Assembly (NCBI GenBank): GCA_963812155.1
Contig: CAWETW010000001.1
Coordinates: 640,001-704,000, forward strand
Direction: 5' to 3'
Source: Vulcanimicrobiota bacterium
GTDB lineage: Bacteria > Vulcanimicrobiota > Vulcanimicrobiia > Vulcanimicrobiales > Vulcanimicrobiaceae
Length of the DNA stretch: 64,000 nt
The position numbers were made by a program, and so were the translations under genes. Under the pieces are notes generated by a model, which saw only the letters and a program-made list of their open reading frames with translations, was not told the DNA's origin and searched no databases. Positions within the stretch are counted from its first letter, which is position 1, and every line of letters begins with the position of its first letter. Below, piece by piece: positions 30,221 to 41,092 of this stretch.

Positions 30221-31770
30221 CGGACGACAGCGGGGTTTACGATGCGGTGGAAGGGATGTCGCACGAACTAGGGGAGCCGGGGTCATTTCCGTTCGCGCGC
30301 GGCATCTATCCGACGATGTATCGCGGACGGCTGTGGACGATGCGGCAGTACGCCGGGTTTGCGACGGCGGCAGAATCCAACGCGCGCTATCGCTACCTGC
30401 TCGAACGCGGTCAGACCGGCCTGTCGGTCGCGTTCGATCTGCCGACGCAACTCGGTTACGATTCCGATGCGCCGCAAGCGCTCGGTGAAGTTGGAAAAGC
30501 CGGGGTCGCGATCGATTCGATCGAAGACATGGAGACACTGCTCGACGGCATTCCGCTCGACCGCGTGAGCGTCTCGATGACGATCAACGCGCCGGCGTCG
30601 ATCCTTCTGGCCCTCTATCTTGCGGTCGCACGGCGGCGCGGCATTGCGTTCGACAAAATCGGCGGGACCGTGCAGAACGACATCCTCAAAGAATACGCCG
30701 CGCGCGGCACCTACATCTATCCGCCGCACCAGTCCATGCGTCTGGTGACCGACGTGATGGCGTACTGCGCGCGCGAAGTGCCGCTGTGGAATGCGATCTC
30801 GATCTCGGGGTACCACATCCGCGAAGCCGGCTCGACGGCGCTCGAAGAGATCGCCTTTACGCTCTCCAACGGCAAAGCGTATTTGAGAGCCGCGCGGGAA
30901 GCCGGTCTCGACGTCGATGCGGTCGCGCCGCGCGTTTCCTTCTTCTGGAACGCGCACAACAATTTTTTCGAGGAGGTCGCAAAGTTTCGCGCCGCGCGCT
31001 ACCTGTGGGCCCACATCACGCGCGACGAGTTCGCCTGTCGCGATCCTCGCTCGCAAATGCTCCGCTTTCATACGCAAACGGGTGGCTCGACGCTCACCGC
31101 GCAGGAACCCGACAACAACGTCGTCCGCGTGACGCTGCAGGCGCTGGCCGCCGTGCTGGGCGGCACGCAGTCGCTGCACACCAACGGAAAAGACGAAGCG
31201 CTCGCCCTGCCGACCGCGCAAAGCGCGAAGCTGGCGCTGCGCACGCAACAGATCATCGCCTACGAATCGGGCGTCGCCGGCGTCGTCGATCCGCTTGCCG
31301 GCTCGTACTACGTCGAGTCGCTCACCAACGATCTCATCGAACGTGCGGACGCGCTCATTAAGGAAATCGACGCATTGGGAGGCAGCGTCGCGGTCGTCGA
31401 AAGCGGCTGGATGCAAGCGCGCATCGCCGAATCGGCGTACGCCGCCCAGCAGGCGGTCGAACGCGGCGACGCGGTCGTCGTCGGCGTCAACAAGTTCGCC
31501 GAGGACGCGAGCGACGACGCCATCGCGCTCCAGCGCGTGGACGACGCGACCGGTCGCGAGCAGGCCGAACGCGTGCGTGCCTTCCGCGCGGCGCGCGACC
31601 AGCACGCGGCTGACGGCGCACTGGAGGACGTGCGGCGCGCGGCCTCGGGCAAGGAGAATCTCGTGCCGTATTTCATCGAAGCGGTGGATGCCGGCGCAAC
31701 GCTCGGCGAGATTTGCGGCGTGCTTCGCGACGTCTTCGGCGTGTATCGCGCGCGCGAGGTGGTGGCGTAG
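30217..31770 (+). CDS. Methylmalonyl-CoA mutase, substrate-binding (N-terminal) subunit
   Basis: [52 protein letters not shown]; no B12-binding domain. Confidence 0.93.
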   Translation: MTDDSGVYDAVEGMSHELGEPGSFPFARGIYPTMYRGRLWTMRQYAGFATAAESNARYRYLLERGQTGLSVAFDLPTQLGYDSDAPQALGEVGKAGVAIDSIEDMETLLDGIPLDRVSVSMTINAPASILLALYLAVARRRGIAFDKIGGTVQNDILKEYAARGTYIYPPHQSMRLVTDVMAYCAREVPLWNAISISGYHIREAGSTALEEIAFTLSNGKAYLRAAREAGLDVDAVAPRVSFFWNAHNNFFEEVAKFRAARYLWAHITRDEFACRDPRSQMLRFHTQTGGSTLTAQEPDNNVVRVTLQALAAVLGGTQSLHTNGKDEALALPTAQSAKLALRTQQIIAYESGVAGVVDPLAGSYYVESLTNDLIERADALIKEIDALGGSVAVVESGWMQARIAESAYAAQQAVERGDAVVVGVNKFAEDASDDAIALQRVDDATGREQAERVRAFRAARDQHAADGALEDVRRAASGKENLVPYFIEAVDAGATLGEICGVLRDVFGVYRAREVVA

Positions 31771-31775
31771 CGCCG

Positions 31776-32187
31776 ATGCAGATCGATCACGTCGCCATCG
31801 TCGTCGAAGACCTCGACGCGGCCGTCCGGCTCTACGGAGAAACCCTGGGGTTCACGGAAATCTATCGCGAGATCATCGCCGACCAAGGGCGTCGAGGCGG
31901 TCGGCTTCGCGGCCGGCGACGCCGTCATCGAACTGCTGCGCCCGCTTCAGGCCGACTCGCCGATCGCGCGCTACCGCGGGAACGCCGAAAGCCGGCTGCA
32001 CCACACGGCGTTTCGAGTGGACGACATTGAACGGAAGCTCGACGAACTTCGGGCGGCCGGCGTGCGGCTGATCGACGAGCGGCCGCGCAAGGGAGCCCAC
32101 GGTAATTCGATTGCGTTTCTTCATCCGAAATCGACCGGCGGCGTCCTGATCGAACTCTGTCAGCCGCCCGCCGCCAAGCCCTTCTAA
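31776..32187 (+). CDS. mce: Methylmalonyl-CoA epimerase; +1 frameshift in GGG at 31887-31889
   Basis: MQIDHVAIVV...DQGVEA...IELL...LHHTAFRV...FLHPKSTGGVLIEL after removing one G. Confidence 0.9.
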
Positions 32188-32262
32188 CCGCGCCTTAACG
32201 GCGGCCTAATCGGAACTACGAGCATCTTTCCGGCCTTTGGGGGACAATCGCTCCAGAGGTAT

Positions 32263-34134
32263 ATGCACAACATGACAAATAAGTGGTTTCTCGGCCTGCT
32301 CACGGCGACCGCGTTCGCATCCTCGACGCTGCTTGCGACGGTCCCGGCCGGCGCGCAAGCTTACGCGCCTGGAACCTACGCACCCATAGTGAGCAACTCT
32401 CCGATCTCCCCGCTCACCCCGGTGTCCCCAACGATGGAGCCCGCAGGCTGCCCGCAGTACGGCAGCGGCCAGTGGGCGTTCATTAGTAACGTTTGGGTTT
32501 GGTGCCCGCCGAGTTCCGCGACGGCTCAGCCGCTCGTCGGCATGTCGGCGTTGGCGCCGTACGGCTTCGGCACCCCGCTGATGCCGCCGTCCATCGCCGC
32601 GGCCCCGCCGGCGTACCCTTATGCGTATAATCCGTATGCATACGGCACGGCGCCCGCTGCGTACGCGTATCCGCAACAATACGGTTATCCGCAGCAACAA
32701 TACGGCTACCCGCAGCAATACGCTTACGGCTATCCGCAGCAATACGGTTATCCGCAGCAGTCCGCGTATCCGCAGCAACCTTACGGCTACGGCTATCCGC
32801 AGCAACCGTATGGCACGGCTACCCGCAGACCAGCTACGGCTACCCGCAGCAACCGTATGGCTACGGCTACCCACAGACCGGCTACGGCTACCCGCAGACC
32901 GGCTATCCTCAGCAGTACGGTTACGGTTATCCGCAGACCGGCTACGGTTATCCGCAGACCGGCTACGGCTATCCGACAGCGTCGATCACCGGTAGCCCCA
33001 TCCTCGATATGCTGCTCGGAACGGTCGCGACGGGTTTGATCTCGTCGGCCTTCCAGCCGCAGTATCCGGGCTACGGCTACGGTTATCCGACCACCGGTTA
33101 CTATCCGCAGACCGGCTACGGTTACCCGTCAACCGGCTACGGCTACCCGTCAACCGGCTACGGCTACCCGTCTACCGGCTACGGCTATCCGAGCTACACC
33201 GGCTATCCCGGTTACGGCTCGCAGCTACCCGCAGTACGGCTACGGCTATCCGACCGGCGGCAACACGTACACCATCAACAAGTACTACTACTACGGCGGC
33301 AAATGGCACACGAAAGCGCCGACGCGTCCGCCGAACATGCACCCCGGACGGGTCGCTCAGCTCAACTACGCGAACCATCATCGCATCGCCAACGAGCAAT
33401 CGTTGATCGCTCACGACCGGTCGCGTATCGCCTACATCAAAGCACATAGCGACAATCAGGCGCGCATCAACCAGCTCAGACGCAACATCGCGTACAACGA
33501 TCACCGGATCGCCTCGCAGCGTCACATTGACAACGCGCGTAACCTGGAACGCGGACGGGCATTCGCCCAGACGCGGATGGCTCCGATGCACGCCAACGTT
33601 GCCAACCGGACGATGGCAGCCCACCCGATGACCGCTACGCACTTCGCAGCGCATCCGGTCAACGCTACGCACGTCGCAACGCATCCGATCTCGGCTCGCA
33701 CCTTCAGCGCGCCGGTTCGGCCGGCGAACCAAAACCGGTTCCAAGCACAAGCGCCGCGTACGTTCCAATCGCAAGCGCAAACGGAGCACGTGTTCCGTCC
33801 GCAGGCGCAAACGAACCGCACGTTCCAACCGCAGGCTCAGTCGGGACGCACGTTCCAGCCGCAAGCGCAGACGGAACGCCAGTTCCGCCCGCAGGCGCAA
33901 ACGGATCGCTCGTTCCAACCGCAAGCGCAGACCGAACGCCAGTTCCAACCGCAGCGCACGTTCCAGCCGCAGGCGCAGCCGCGCTCCTTCGAGCGCCAAG
34001 CGCCTCCGGCCCAACGTCAGGACCGCGCGAGCGGCGGCGGCGGCCAGCAAGCACCGCGTCAGCAGAGCGGCGGAAGCGGCGGCGGCGGTGGTGACCGCCA
34101 CGGCGGCGGCAAGCACCAGCAGCCTCCGGCCTAA
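32263..34134 (+). CDS. Secreted Tyr/Gly/Pro/Gln-rich repeat protein of about 620 aa; two compensating frameshifts (about 32814 and 33220)
   Basis: RBS GAGG; signal peptide; C...WVWCP; YGYPQ(Q/T) repeats continue across frames; His/Arg-rich segment; FQPQAQT repeats; Gly-rich end. Confidence 0.8.
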
Positions 34135-34167
34135 CGCAACTCCGAACTCCTACTCCACCTCCACCCC

Positions 34168-34203
34168 GCGCCTCCCGGTAAACCCGGGAGGCGCCTTCGT
34201 TTA
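34168..34203. terminator. Terminator hairpin between convergent genes
   Basis: GCGCCTCCCGG(34168-34178)/CCGGGAGGCGC(34184-34194) followed by CTTCGTTT. Confidence 0.8.
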
Positions 34204-34243
34204 CCGGCGACGCAGTGTCGCGCCCGTGGCAACGGACGCCGGT

Positions 34244-36418
34244 TTATGGAGTCGCTTCGGTGTGCGCGGCAGAGGTTCGGGGCGTGATGCGAATGGTTAC
34301 GCCGCCGTCGACGCCTCGAGAACTAATCTGCGTGAAAGTTACGTCGCCCTGAGCCGAGGGAGAGGTTGGGCCAAGTTCGATCGCGACGTGACCTTCCTGC
34401 CGTGGAGCCATGAGGAGGCCACGGAATGCCGCTTTCGGACTCGTGACCAGGTAAGTGTTTTTGCCTTCCGGCTTCAGTCCGTCGATCCGGCCGCCGCCGT
34501 CGTGCAGGGCGCGCGCTAAGGTCTCATCTAGGGTGATTCGGACGACGCCTGGGGAGAGCGAAGGTGCGATCTCAAGTTGCAGCGTTAACGGCTCGGTTTT
34601 GATGCCGATGTTGCGCACAATAAAGAAGCCCGGAGGACTCGAGTCCCCAGGTGCAACGACCTTAATATTCCGCCAGGCGAGGTCGTTATTGTCGGCGACA
34701 TCGGTATCAATTCCTAAGCCTTCGACCGGCGGCGTTGCCTGCGCACTCAAGACTCGCAAGTAAAGACAATAGTGGTCATTCAGCGGCGGGACAGCTGGCG
34801 GCACCCAAGGGATGGGACCGATGCTTGTGGTCGTACCGGGCTCGAGATACAACGTGATGAACTGCCGAGTTTCCGGGATCATCGTAAAGTTCGCCGGGTA
34901 CGTAAGGCCCGACGACGCAAGGGCATAGTAGACCGCAACCTCAGCGTAAACAACGCGCGGCGCATTTGGGCGCGTGTTTCGCAACGTTCCGTAAAGGTAG
35001 TTCGTAACGCCCGATACGGGATTTTGATGGTCGGCCGACGAGCCACAATTCCGGACGACGCCTCCGGCAGTCACCTGATCGCCATACCCGTCAACGGGGG
35101 CCACGCACGCAGGAGTCGTTACCGGCGCGAGGCGGTTCCATATATCCGGACTGATCCAGTGCGTTCCGGGTGATGGAACAGTACCATTATCCGTGACGTC
35201 GGTGGAGTTGTCCGCCATCCACGGATCGGCACTAGGGTCGGCCGGCGACGGCGCACTACAGTTGCTAGGGTGAAGGTCGCAGTAGTTGCGAAAGAGCGTG
35301 TCGATGAAGCCGTGCCAACGCCAAAACATCGGATCTTTCGGTGAACTCGCAAGGCACATACTGCCGAAACTCGTCCCACTCGTCTCGAAGAATGAGTTTC
35401 CCCCCATCACCGCGCCGATGTCGCAGTGCACTTGTCCGTGAAACCCTCCCTCGAACGAGGTAGTGAAAGCACTCAGGGTGGTATAGTCGGCAAGTCTCAA
35501 CTCCCCGCCGGAATCATGCGTTAGACCACCCGTCATGGTGTAGTAGGTTGGAATTCGATTGTTGTCAGGATTGTAAGTAAGCCGCAAGCTCGGTATTACG
35601 TCGAACTGTGGCCCTGTCGGGAGCGCTCTCCCCGGATACCAGGGCGCTACCGTGTTGTAACCAAATTCCTGACGCCAAAGATCGAAGCGGCGCACGAGCT
35701 CGCCGTGCCAGGAGAGGAAACCCATCCAGGCTGGGAAGGCCGATTGGTTTCCGTCAATATTTGCGTGCCAAAAGATGTGCTCGTCGATGACATGCCCGTC
35801 GAGCGGATTCGTTGCCGTTGGCGCCCGATGATTGGAAGTGTAAAAGTCCTCGGCCTGCTTGGTCATATCTGATTCGTTTCGCCCGACCGAATATGGCATC
35901 GTGACGCTGCACGTGCCGCCGCCGACCTTCGTGACGGCTAGGGTTACGTTTCGTGCAAAGGGCCCGTTGTTCGGTTCCATCTGGCCGGCAGCGGGGACCC
36001 AATAAAAACTCACGGAGCCTTGGCTCAAATCCGAGGCGGTGAGGGGCGTGGTCGACCAGGCTAACGCTGTTGCGAGCGGTGGAGATTGTTCCGTCCCTAA
36101 GTCTTCGTTATAGTCCTTGATGGTTGGACCATCGATGGACCATGTGTAGCTCGCAATCGAAAAGCCGGTTGCAGAGGCTGTAAGGACGACGTGTTCCCCA
36201 AAATTAAAGGTGGTCGCGACGGCGGGCGTCAGAGTAAGGCTATCGGAGGCCGCGGTAACGGAGAGCGACCCGCCGCTAGTGCACGGACTGGCGCTTGCCG
36301 GAATAGCGTATGCACAAGCAACAAGCGGTAACGCACAAAGCAAGACGCGCAACGCAGCCGTCGAACGGCCCTCGGCTTCAACGTTCCTAAAACGCATACT
36401 TCTCACGTTGTAGAGCAT
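34244..36418 (-). CDS. Secreted multidomain type-3 copper (tyrosinase/hemocyanin-like) protein
   Basis: Signal peptide; beta-rich N domain; HIFWH...FLSWH; FHGQVH...SPKDPMFWRWHGFID; C-terminal SPDIWNR beta domain. Confidence 0.82.
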   Translation of the reverse strand: MLYNVRSMRFRNVEAEGRSTAALRVLLCALPLVACAYAIPASASPCTSGGSLSVTAASDSLTLTPAVATTFNFGEHVVLTASATGFSIASYTWSIDGPTIKDYNEDLGTEQSPPLATALAWSTTPLTASDLSQGSVSFYWVPAAGQMEPNNGPFARNVTLAVTKVGGGTCSVTMPYSVGRNESDMTKQAEDFYTSNHRAPTATNPLDGHVIDEHIFWHANIDGNQSAFPAWMGFLSWHGELVRRFDLWRQEFGYNTVAPWYPGRALPTGPQFDVIPSLRLTYNPDNNRIPTYYTMTGGLTHDSGGELRLADYTTLSAFTTSFEGGFHGQVHCDIGAVMGGNSFFETSGTSFGSMCLASSPKDPMFWRWHGFIDTLFRNYCDLHPSNCSAPSPADPSADPWMADNSTDVTDNGTVPSPGTHWISPDIWNRLAPVTTPACVAPVDGYGDQVTAGGVVRNCGSSADHQNPVSGVTNYLYGTLRNTRPNAPRVVYAEVAVYYALASSGLTYPANFTMIPETRQFITLYLEPGTTTSIGPIPWVPPAVPPLNDHYCLYLRVLSAQATPPVEGLGIDTDVADNNDLAWRNIKVVAPGDSSPPGFFIVRNIGIKTEPLTLQLEIAPSLSPGVVRITLDETLARALHDGGGRIDGLKPEGKNTYLVTSPKAAFRGLLMAPRQEGHVAIELGPTSPSAQGDVTFTQISSRGVDGGVTIRITPRTSAAHTEATP

Positions 36419-37413
36419 TAGCGAATGGGCCTTAAGTCGCCGTAGAGTTCGCCATTGGGAAAGCGGCTTGTGAACACGACTAAGCTAATCGCGGGGCTTT
36501 CGGCTGAGAGCAGTCGTGAAGCAGCGGCTCCGCTCTCGGTCGCCGTGATATTGTAAGATCCGCTGAGAGAACCGCCCCTCCTGTCGCGGGAGTATTGTAT
36601 TCCGGTTGCGGGTAAACGAAGAGTCGCACTTGACGAACGCGCTTTCGGAACCGAGCCTCCCGTAAGCACGGCTCTCGTGGGGACGCTTGACGTGGTGGCG
36701 ACAGTCAACGCGTAAAATACAGCCACCTTACCATCCGGCAGATAAGTCGCGCTCAGTATGGCGGTGCCCGTACCTTGGGAATGAGTGCCGGCGATCGGTG
36801 CTAGGTGCGACGCGTAGTTTACGACTTTCACCATAGCACTATTGAGCCCAAGCTGCCCGCGAATCTCGGCCCGTCCCGCACGAGTCTCAATTTCGACGTA
36901 CACCCTGCCGGCATCAAATTCACCGATGAAGTGGTTACTAAGCGCACTTGCATCCGCAACTTCTCCGGAAACCGTTGCTGATGTCTGTTGCGGACAATGC
37001 GACGCTTGCGGGCCGCAAAGCGTGACGACGACTTTCCCATCTTTCCCTGGTCCAAAGTTATAAAGGGCGATCGTCTCCGGCGCGCCGGTTTCCAGACCTT
37101 CATACGTAAGATTGTATTCTAAGCGGTGCGCGGCGCTGTCTAGTACAAAGGCGCCTGTCCCCGTAGCTTTTGACGAGTTTGGAGGTGACACTTGCTTAGC
37201 ATCAAGTTGAGCTACGAGCAGAACTTTGGCCGACATGCCCATGCCGGAATCGAGGGTCTCTGCACTTGCTGTTCCGAGGGCGCTTATAAGAACTGCAACG
37301 ATGACGACATTCGCTGCTCGGACGGTTGCAACAAAACGGATCGACCTTCGAATGCCTGTGGTGGATCGCCGCTGCATACAGGAGCGCGAACCGGGCCGTG
37401 TAGTCTGTGCCAT
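36418..37413 (-). CDS. Secreted protein with two CHRD-like domains
   Basis: RBS GAGGAGAGG; QVSPP.S.ATGTG...LEY.LTYEGL...EIRGQL and second copy ending PNGELYGDL; TAATG coupling to the downstream copper protein. Confidence 0.78.
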   Translation of the reverse strand: MAQTTRPGSRSCMQRRSTTGIRRSIRFVATVRAANVVIVAVLISALGTASAETLDSGMGMSAKVLLVAQLDAKQVSPPNSSKATGTGAFVLDSAAHRLEYNLTYEGLETGAPETIALYNFGPGKDGKVVVTLCGPQASHCPQQTSATVSGEVADASALSNHFIGEFDAGRVYVEIETRAGRAEIRGQLGLNSAMVKVVNYASHLAPIAGTHSQGTGTAILSATYLPDGKVAVFYALTVATTSSVPTRAVLTGGSVPKARSSSATLRLPATGIQYSRDRRGGSLSGSYNITATESGAAASRLLSAESPAISLVVFTSRFPNGELYGDLRPIR

Positions 37414-37639
37414 TGCCTCTCCTCGCATTAGAGTCGATATCGAAAAACGATTCTCAAGCGTCGGCAAGCGGCAACCCCAGGCTCGGCTGGGCCCTGCCGG
37501 CGTTAAGCGTAACGTATTTAGCCAGAAAAGACTAGTCGAAGACCGCTACTCGAAGCGCTTTGTCTAGCAGCCGGAATCATCTCGCCGCAGCTCGAAAAGG
37601 ATCCCCATATGAGGAATCCGGGTTAAGACAGCCTTCTGC

Positions 37640-38032
37640 ATGAAGCGAAACCTCGTATTGCCGGTAACGTCGCTCCTCGCGATCCTTCTCGCATCATTCC
37701 ACCTGGTGGATGACATCGTATACGGGTCGGAAAAAGGCGTGGCATTAAACCTGCTGATAGTAGCCATTCTTGCCGTTTGGCTGTACGGAACGCTGATGCT
37801 GTCGGAACGTCGGGCGGGCTATATTATCATGCTGCTCGGATCGCTCGCCGGGCTGACCATCTTCTTCGTCCACGTCACCGGCGCCGGAGGCCTCCAAGGC
37901 ATCGAGATCGGTAAAATGAGCGGAGCGTTTTTCTTCGTCTGGACGCTGCTCGCGCTTGCCGTTGTTTCTCTTTTGTCGCTCACGGTGTCGGCGCAAGGTC
38001 TATGGAGCCTGTTACGCTCCAATCGGCATTAA
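37640..38032 (+). CDS. Small 4-TM membrane protein
   Basis: 130 aa with four hydrophobic segments. Confidence 0.7.
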   Translation: MKRNLVLPVTSLLAILLASFHLVDDIVYGSEKGVALNLLIVAILAVWLYGTLMLSERRAGYIIMLLGSLAGLTIFFVHVTGAGGLQGIEIGKMSGAFFFVWTLLALAVVSLLSLTVSAQGLWSLLRSNRH

Positions 38033-38033
38033 G

Positions 38034-38423
38034 CTACGTTTCGGGCGGTTTTCGAAAGCAGATCTCCAGTTTGTTGCCGTCGGCGTCTTCGAAAAATGTT
38101 GCGTAGTAAACGGGAGTGTACTCGTCGCAGACCTGGGGCGGCTCGAAGGCCGTTGCGCCGGCGTTTCGCGCCAATTCTGCGAGGCGATCGACCTCGGCGC
38201 GATCGGCGGCACGAAATGCAATGCGGTTTTCGTTTGACCGGTGTGCGGGCGCCAGGTCGAGCGCAAAGAACGCGGTGCAGCGATCGCTTTGCGGCTGGTA
38301 GTAGCAGATCGACTCAGCGTCTTCCACGATGCGAGTAAAGCCCATGGCCGGCAGCAGCGCATCGTAGAGCTTGCGCACTTTGGCAAAGTCGCTGACCCGC
38401 AGATCGATGTGATCGAACGGCAC
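38034..38423 (-). CDS. VOC/glyoxalase family protein
   Basis: FDHIDLRVSD...IAFRA...YYATFFEDADGNKLE. Confidence 0.9.
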   Translation of the reverse strand: MPFDHIDLRVSDFAKVRKLYDALLPAMGFTRIVEDAESICYYQPQSDRCTAFFALDLAPAHRSNENRIAFRAADRAEVDRLAELARNAGATAFEPPQVCDEYTPVYYATFFEDADGNKLEICFRKPPET

Positions 38424-38426
38424 TGC

Positions 38427-39071
38427 TTAATGTTTGAACAATGGCGTTTGCATCAATCCGTTGATAACGAACTGTGCGGCCAGAGCGGCAAGGATGATTC
38501 CCAGCAAACGGCTGATGACGTGAATGCCGGTGTTGCTGATCACTCGCAACAGCAGCGACGATCCGCGCATGCATACCCACGTTACGAACAACGCGATGGC
38601 GTAGGCCGCAACGACGACGGTCTGATTGGCGCGATCGCCGTGCGAGAGATCGACGAGCAGCAGCACCGTCGCGATCGTTCCGGGCCCGGCGATCATGGGT
38701 ACCGCCAACGGAAAGACGGCCGGATTCTCGGTGGCCGCGGCTTCGCGCTCCTCGGCTTCGGTTCGTTTCGCGCCGGTCGGACGCGCGAACAGCATGTCGA
38801 TCGCGATGAGAAAAAGCAGCACGCCGCCCGCAATGGTAAATGCCGGAAGCGTTATGCCCAGCGAGCCGAGCAGCGCGCGCCCGAGCAAACCCATGAACAA
38901 CATGATGCCGGCGGCTACCAGCACCGCTTGATCGATGATCTGATTGCGCCGCTTTGCCGAGACGCGCGCCGTCGCCCCGAGGGTGAGGGGAATCATGCCG
39001 ATCGGATCGATGATCGTAAAAGCCGTCGCGAAGGCAGTGGCGATGAAGCGGGCGTCCATCCCTCCCATCAT
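38427..39071 (-). CDS. MarC family membrane protein
   Basis: IIDPIG, FTIAGG, VFPLAVPMIAGPG, SRLLGIILAALA. Confidence 0.92.
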   Translation of the reverse strand: MMGGMDARFIATAFATAFTIIDPIGMIPLTLGATARVSAKRRNQIIDQAVLVAAGIMLFMGLLGRALLGSLGITLPAFTIAGGVLLFLIAIDMLFARPTGAKRTEAEEREAAATENPAVFPLAVPMIAGPGTIATVLLLVDLSHGDRANQTVVVAAYAIALFVTWVCMRGSSLLLRVISNTGIHVISRLLGIILAALAAQFVINGLMQTPLFKH

Positions 39072-39111
39072 AGCAGGACAGTCAACGGGAAATCGAGTCC
39101 GCGTTAGGGAG

Positions 39112-39912
39112 CTAGTGCCGCTCTAGGAACTTTGTGAGCGCCGCGATCGTTTCGAGCGGGCTCTCTTCCATCAGCCAGTGCCCGGTGTTCTTGAGGACGA
39201 CGACGGTAACGTCGTCGGAAATCAGCCGTGCTTGCGCGCCGAGCGCAACGCCCAATGACTTGTCGCCGCCGATGGAAAGCACCGGCATGTTGAGCTTGTT
39301 CACGGCGAGCTTCGAGAAATCGACGGCGGTACTGGGAAAGGATTCAAAGTACGCCCAACCCGCGGCCATCCTCCCGGGGGGCGAGTAAGCGGCGACGTAT
39401 TCGTTGCGAGAGGCTTGCGACAGCGAGCGATTCGGATCGGCGGCAAACTCGTTCCAGTAATAATTGAAGTATATCCGCTCTCGCCCGGCAACCAATGCGA
39501 GCGGTGTAGACCCGCGAAAACGGAAGTGCCAGAGGTTGGGATTGTTATAGATCGGTTCCCAGCCTGCGACTCCAGGCAAGAATGCATCCATCAACGCGAG
39601 CCGGTCGACTTCGTGTGGGTACATCGCCGCGTAGGCGTACGCGACCATCAGGCCGATGTCGTGGCCGACCACCCGTACGCGGCTAAGCCCGAGGGAGTGC
39701 ACCGCATCGTGCACGCGCCGCGCCGCGGTCTAACCGTGCAGCAAAACAACAACCGGCCCGCGCCCTCCAACGGTAACGCTGACCATCCCACCGGACACGT
39801 TCACGCGATGCGTCACGAAGCCGTGGCCGAAGTCGACCGGGAACGCGCGCCCGGGCTGAGGCAGCAACACCGCTAAAGCGAGAGCGAGGGCGGGGAATAG
39901 GACAAATCTCAT
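39112..39912 (-). pseudogene. Alpha/beta hydrolase with internal deletion
   Basis: Signal peptide and GPVVVLLHG (39730-39912) joined out of frame to TAARRVHDAV...VGHDIG...GHWLMEE; the usual PDLRG-containing segment is missing. Confidence 0.75.
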
Positions 39913-39951
39913 GCGGCAATCATACTCCGCCGATGCTCGGACTGCTAGGAG

Positions 39952-40980
39952 CTACGACTTCACGGCGCGAGCCGAACTCCACAGCGCCCAACCGGGATTG
40001 ATTCGGTTCGGATAAAGGCCCAGCATCCCATCGTAGAGTTCTTGCGCGGTTCTTGTCGCTTCGGCTAACCGATCGAAATCGCGGATATATTGCCGCGTCT
40101 CTTCGATAACCCGCGGATTGTCGTCGTTTTCGGGTCGCTTATGCGAAGCGACGACCGCACGTGGGCTGAGCGACTCAACCTTGTCCAGGGCGGCAATCCA
40201 CTCTTGTCGCTTCTGTGCATTTGACTCGGCGAGATAGAGGTGAACGTCGTTGTACGCAACGTCTCCGGCAACTACAAGCCCAATCGACGGTACGTGCAGG
40301 CAGGTCGTATGATCCGTGTCGGTGTGACCGACCTCCACCGCAACGAGTTCTTGCCCTTCAATATCGATCGCGCTTCCCACGAGCTCTTTCGCAATCACGA
40401 GCGTGTCCGGAATCTGGCCCGGGAATGCGGCTTTCCAGACGCCATCGAGGGCCTCCGGGGAAGCATTCCGGCGCATAACCTCGATCGTGCTCGGCGTTGC
40501 CACCGCTCTTGCATTCGGGAACCGCTCGAGCAGCGTGCCGACGCCAAACCAGTGGTCTCCGTGCCCATGTGTAATGTAGATCGCCGTTAAGTTCTTATCT
40601 TTCGATGCGACCCAATCCGCCAAAGCATTGGCCTGCTCGACCGTCATAAAGCTATCCACGAGAACGGCGTCCTCGCTGCCGTAGATGAGCGTAGACGCCA
40701 TTGCCTGGAAATACGTCTCTCGTACACCAGGCGGCCGGTCCCGAGTGACAATAGGAATACCTGGCGTCACGTAGACTTCCCAGTTGAGGTCTTGCATAAC
40801 ACTCGTGCGCCTCTTAGCGCCTTCGCGCCATTCGCGCTCCACATTGGCAGCGTTTTCCGCGTCCGGGGTTTCCTCGGCCGGCGGTGGGGCCACGTCCGCA
40901 CCCGGATGCAGCTCGGGAACCTGCTTTTTGTCGTCTACGTGTTCGTCGCGTTTGCTTTGAATCCGACCAAACATCAGCAA
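39952..40980 (-). CDS. MBL-fold metallo-hydrolase
   Basis: THGHGDHWFG, GHTDT, VAGD, VASH; core begins near 40797 (MQDLNW), upstream extension has its own GAGGAG RBS. Confidence 0.88.
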   Translation of the reverse strand: MLMFGRIQSKRDEHVDDKKQVPELHPGADVAPPPAEETPDAENAANVEREWREGAKRRTSVMQDLNWEVYVTPGIPIVTRDRPPGVRETYFQAMASTLIYGSEDAVLVDSFMTVEQANALADWVASKDKNLTAIYITHGHGDHWFGVGTLLERFPNARAVATPSTIEVMRRNASPEALDGVWKAAFPGQIPDTLVIAKELVGSAIDIEGQELVAVEVGHTDTDHTTCLHVPSIGLVVAGDVAYNDVHLYLAESNAQKRQEWIAALDKVESLSPRAVVASHKRPENDDNPRVIEETRQYIRDFDRLAEATRTAQELYDGMLGLYPNRINPGWALWSSARAVKS

Positions 40981-41092
40981 TCTCTCCTCAGACGTACCCT
41001 GACCGACAACCCTTTTCGCCGTTCTGTGGCTGACTATTGTACCATGCGGCGCGTCCGACGGCCGGAGGATTTACCTCTCGCGAGTTAGATTA

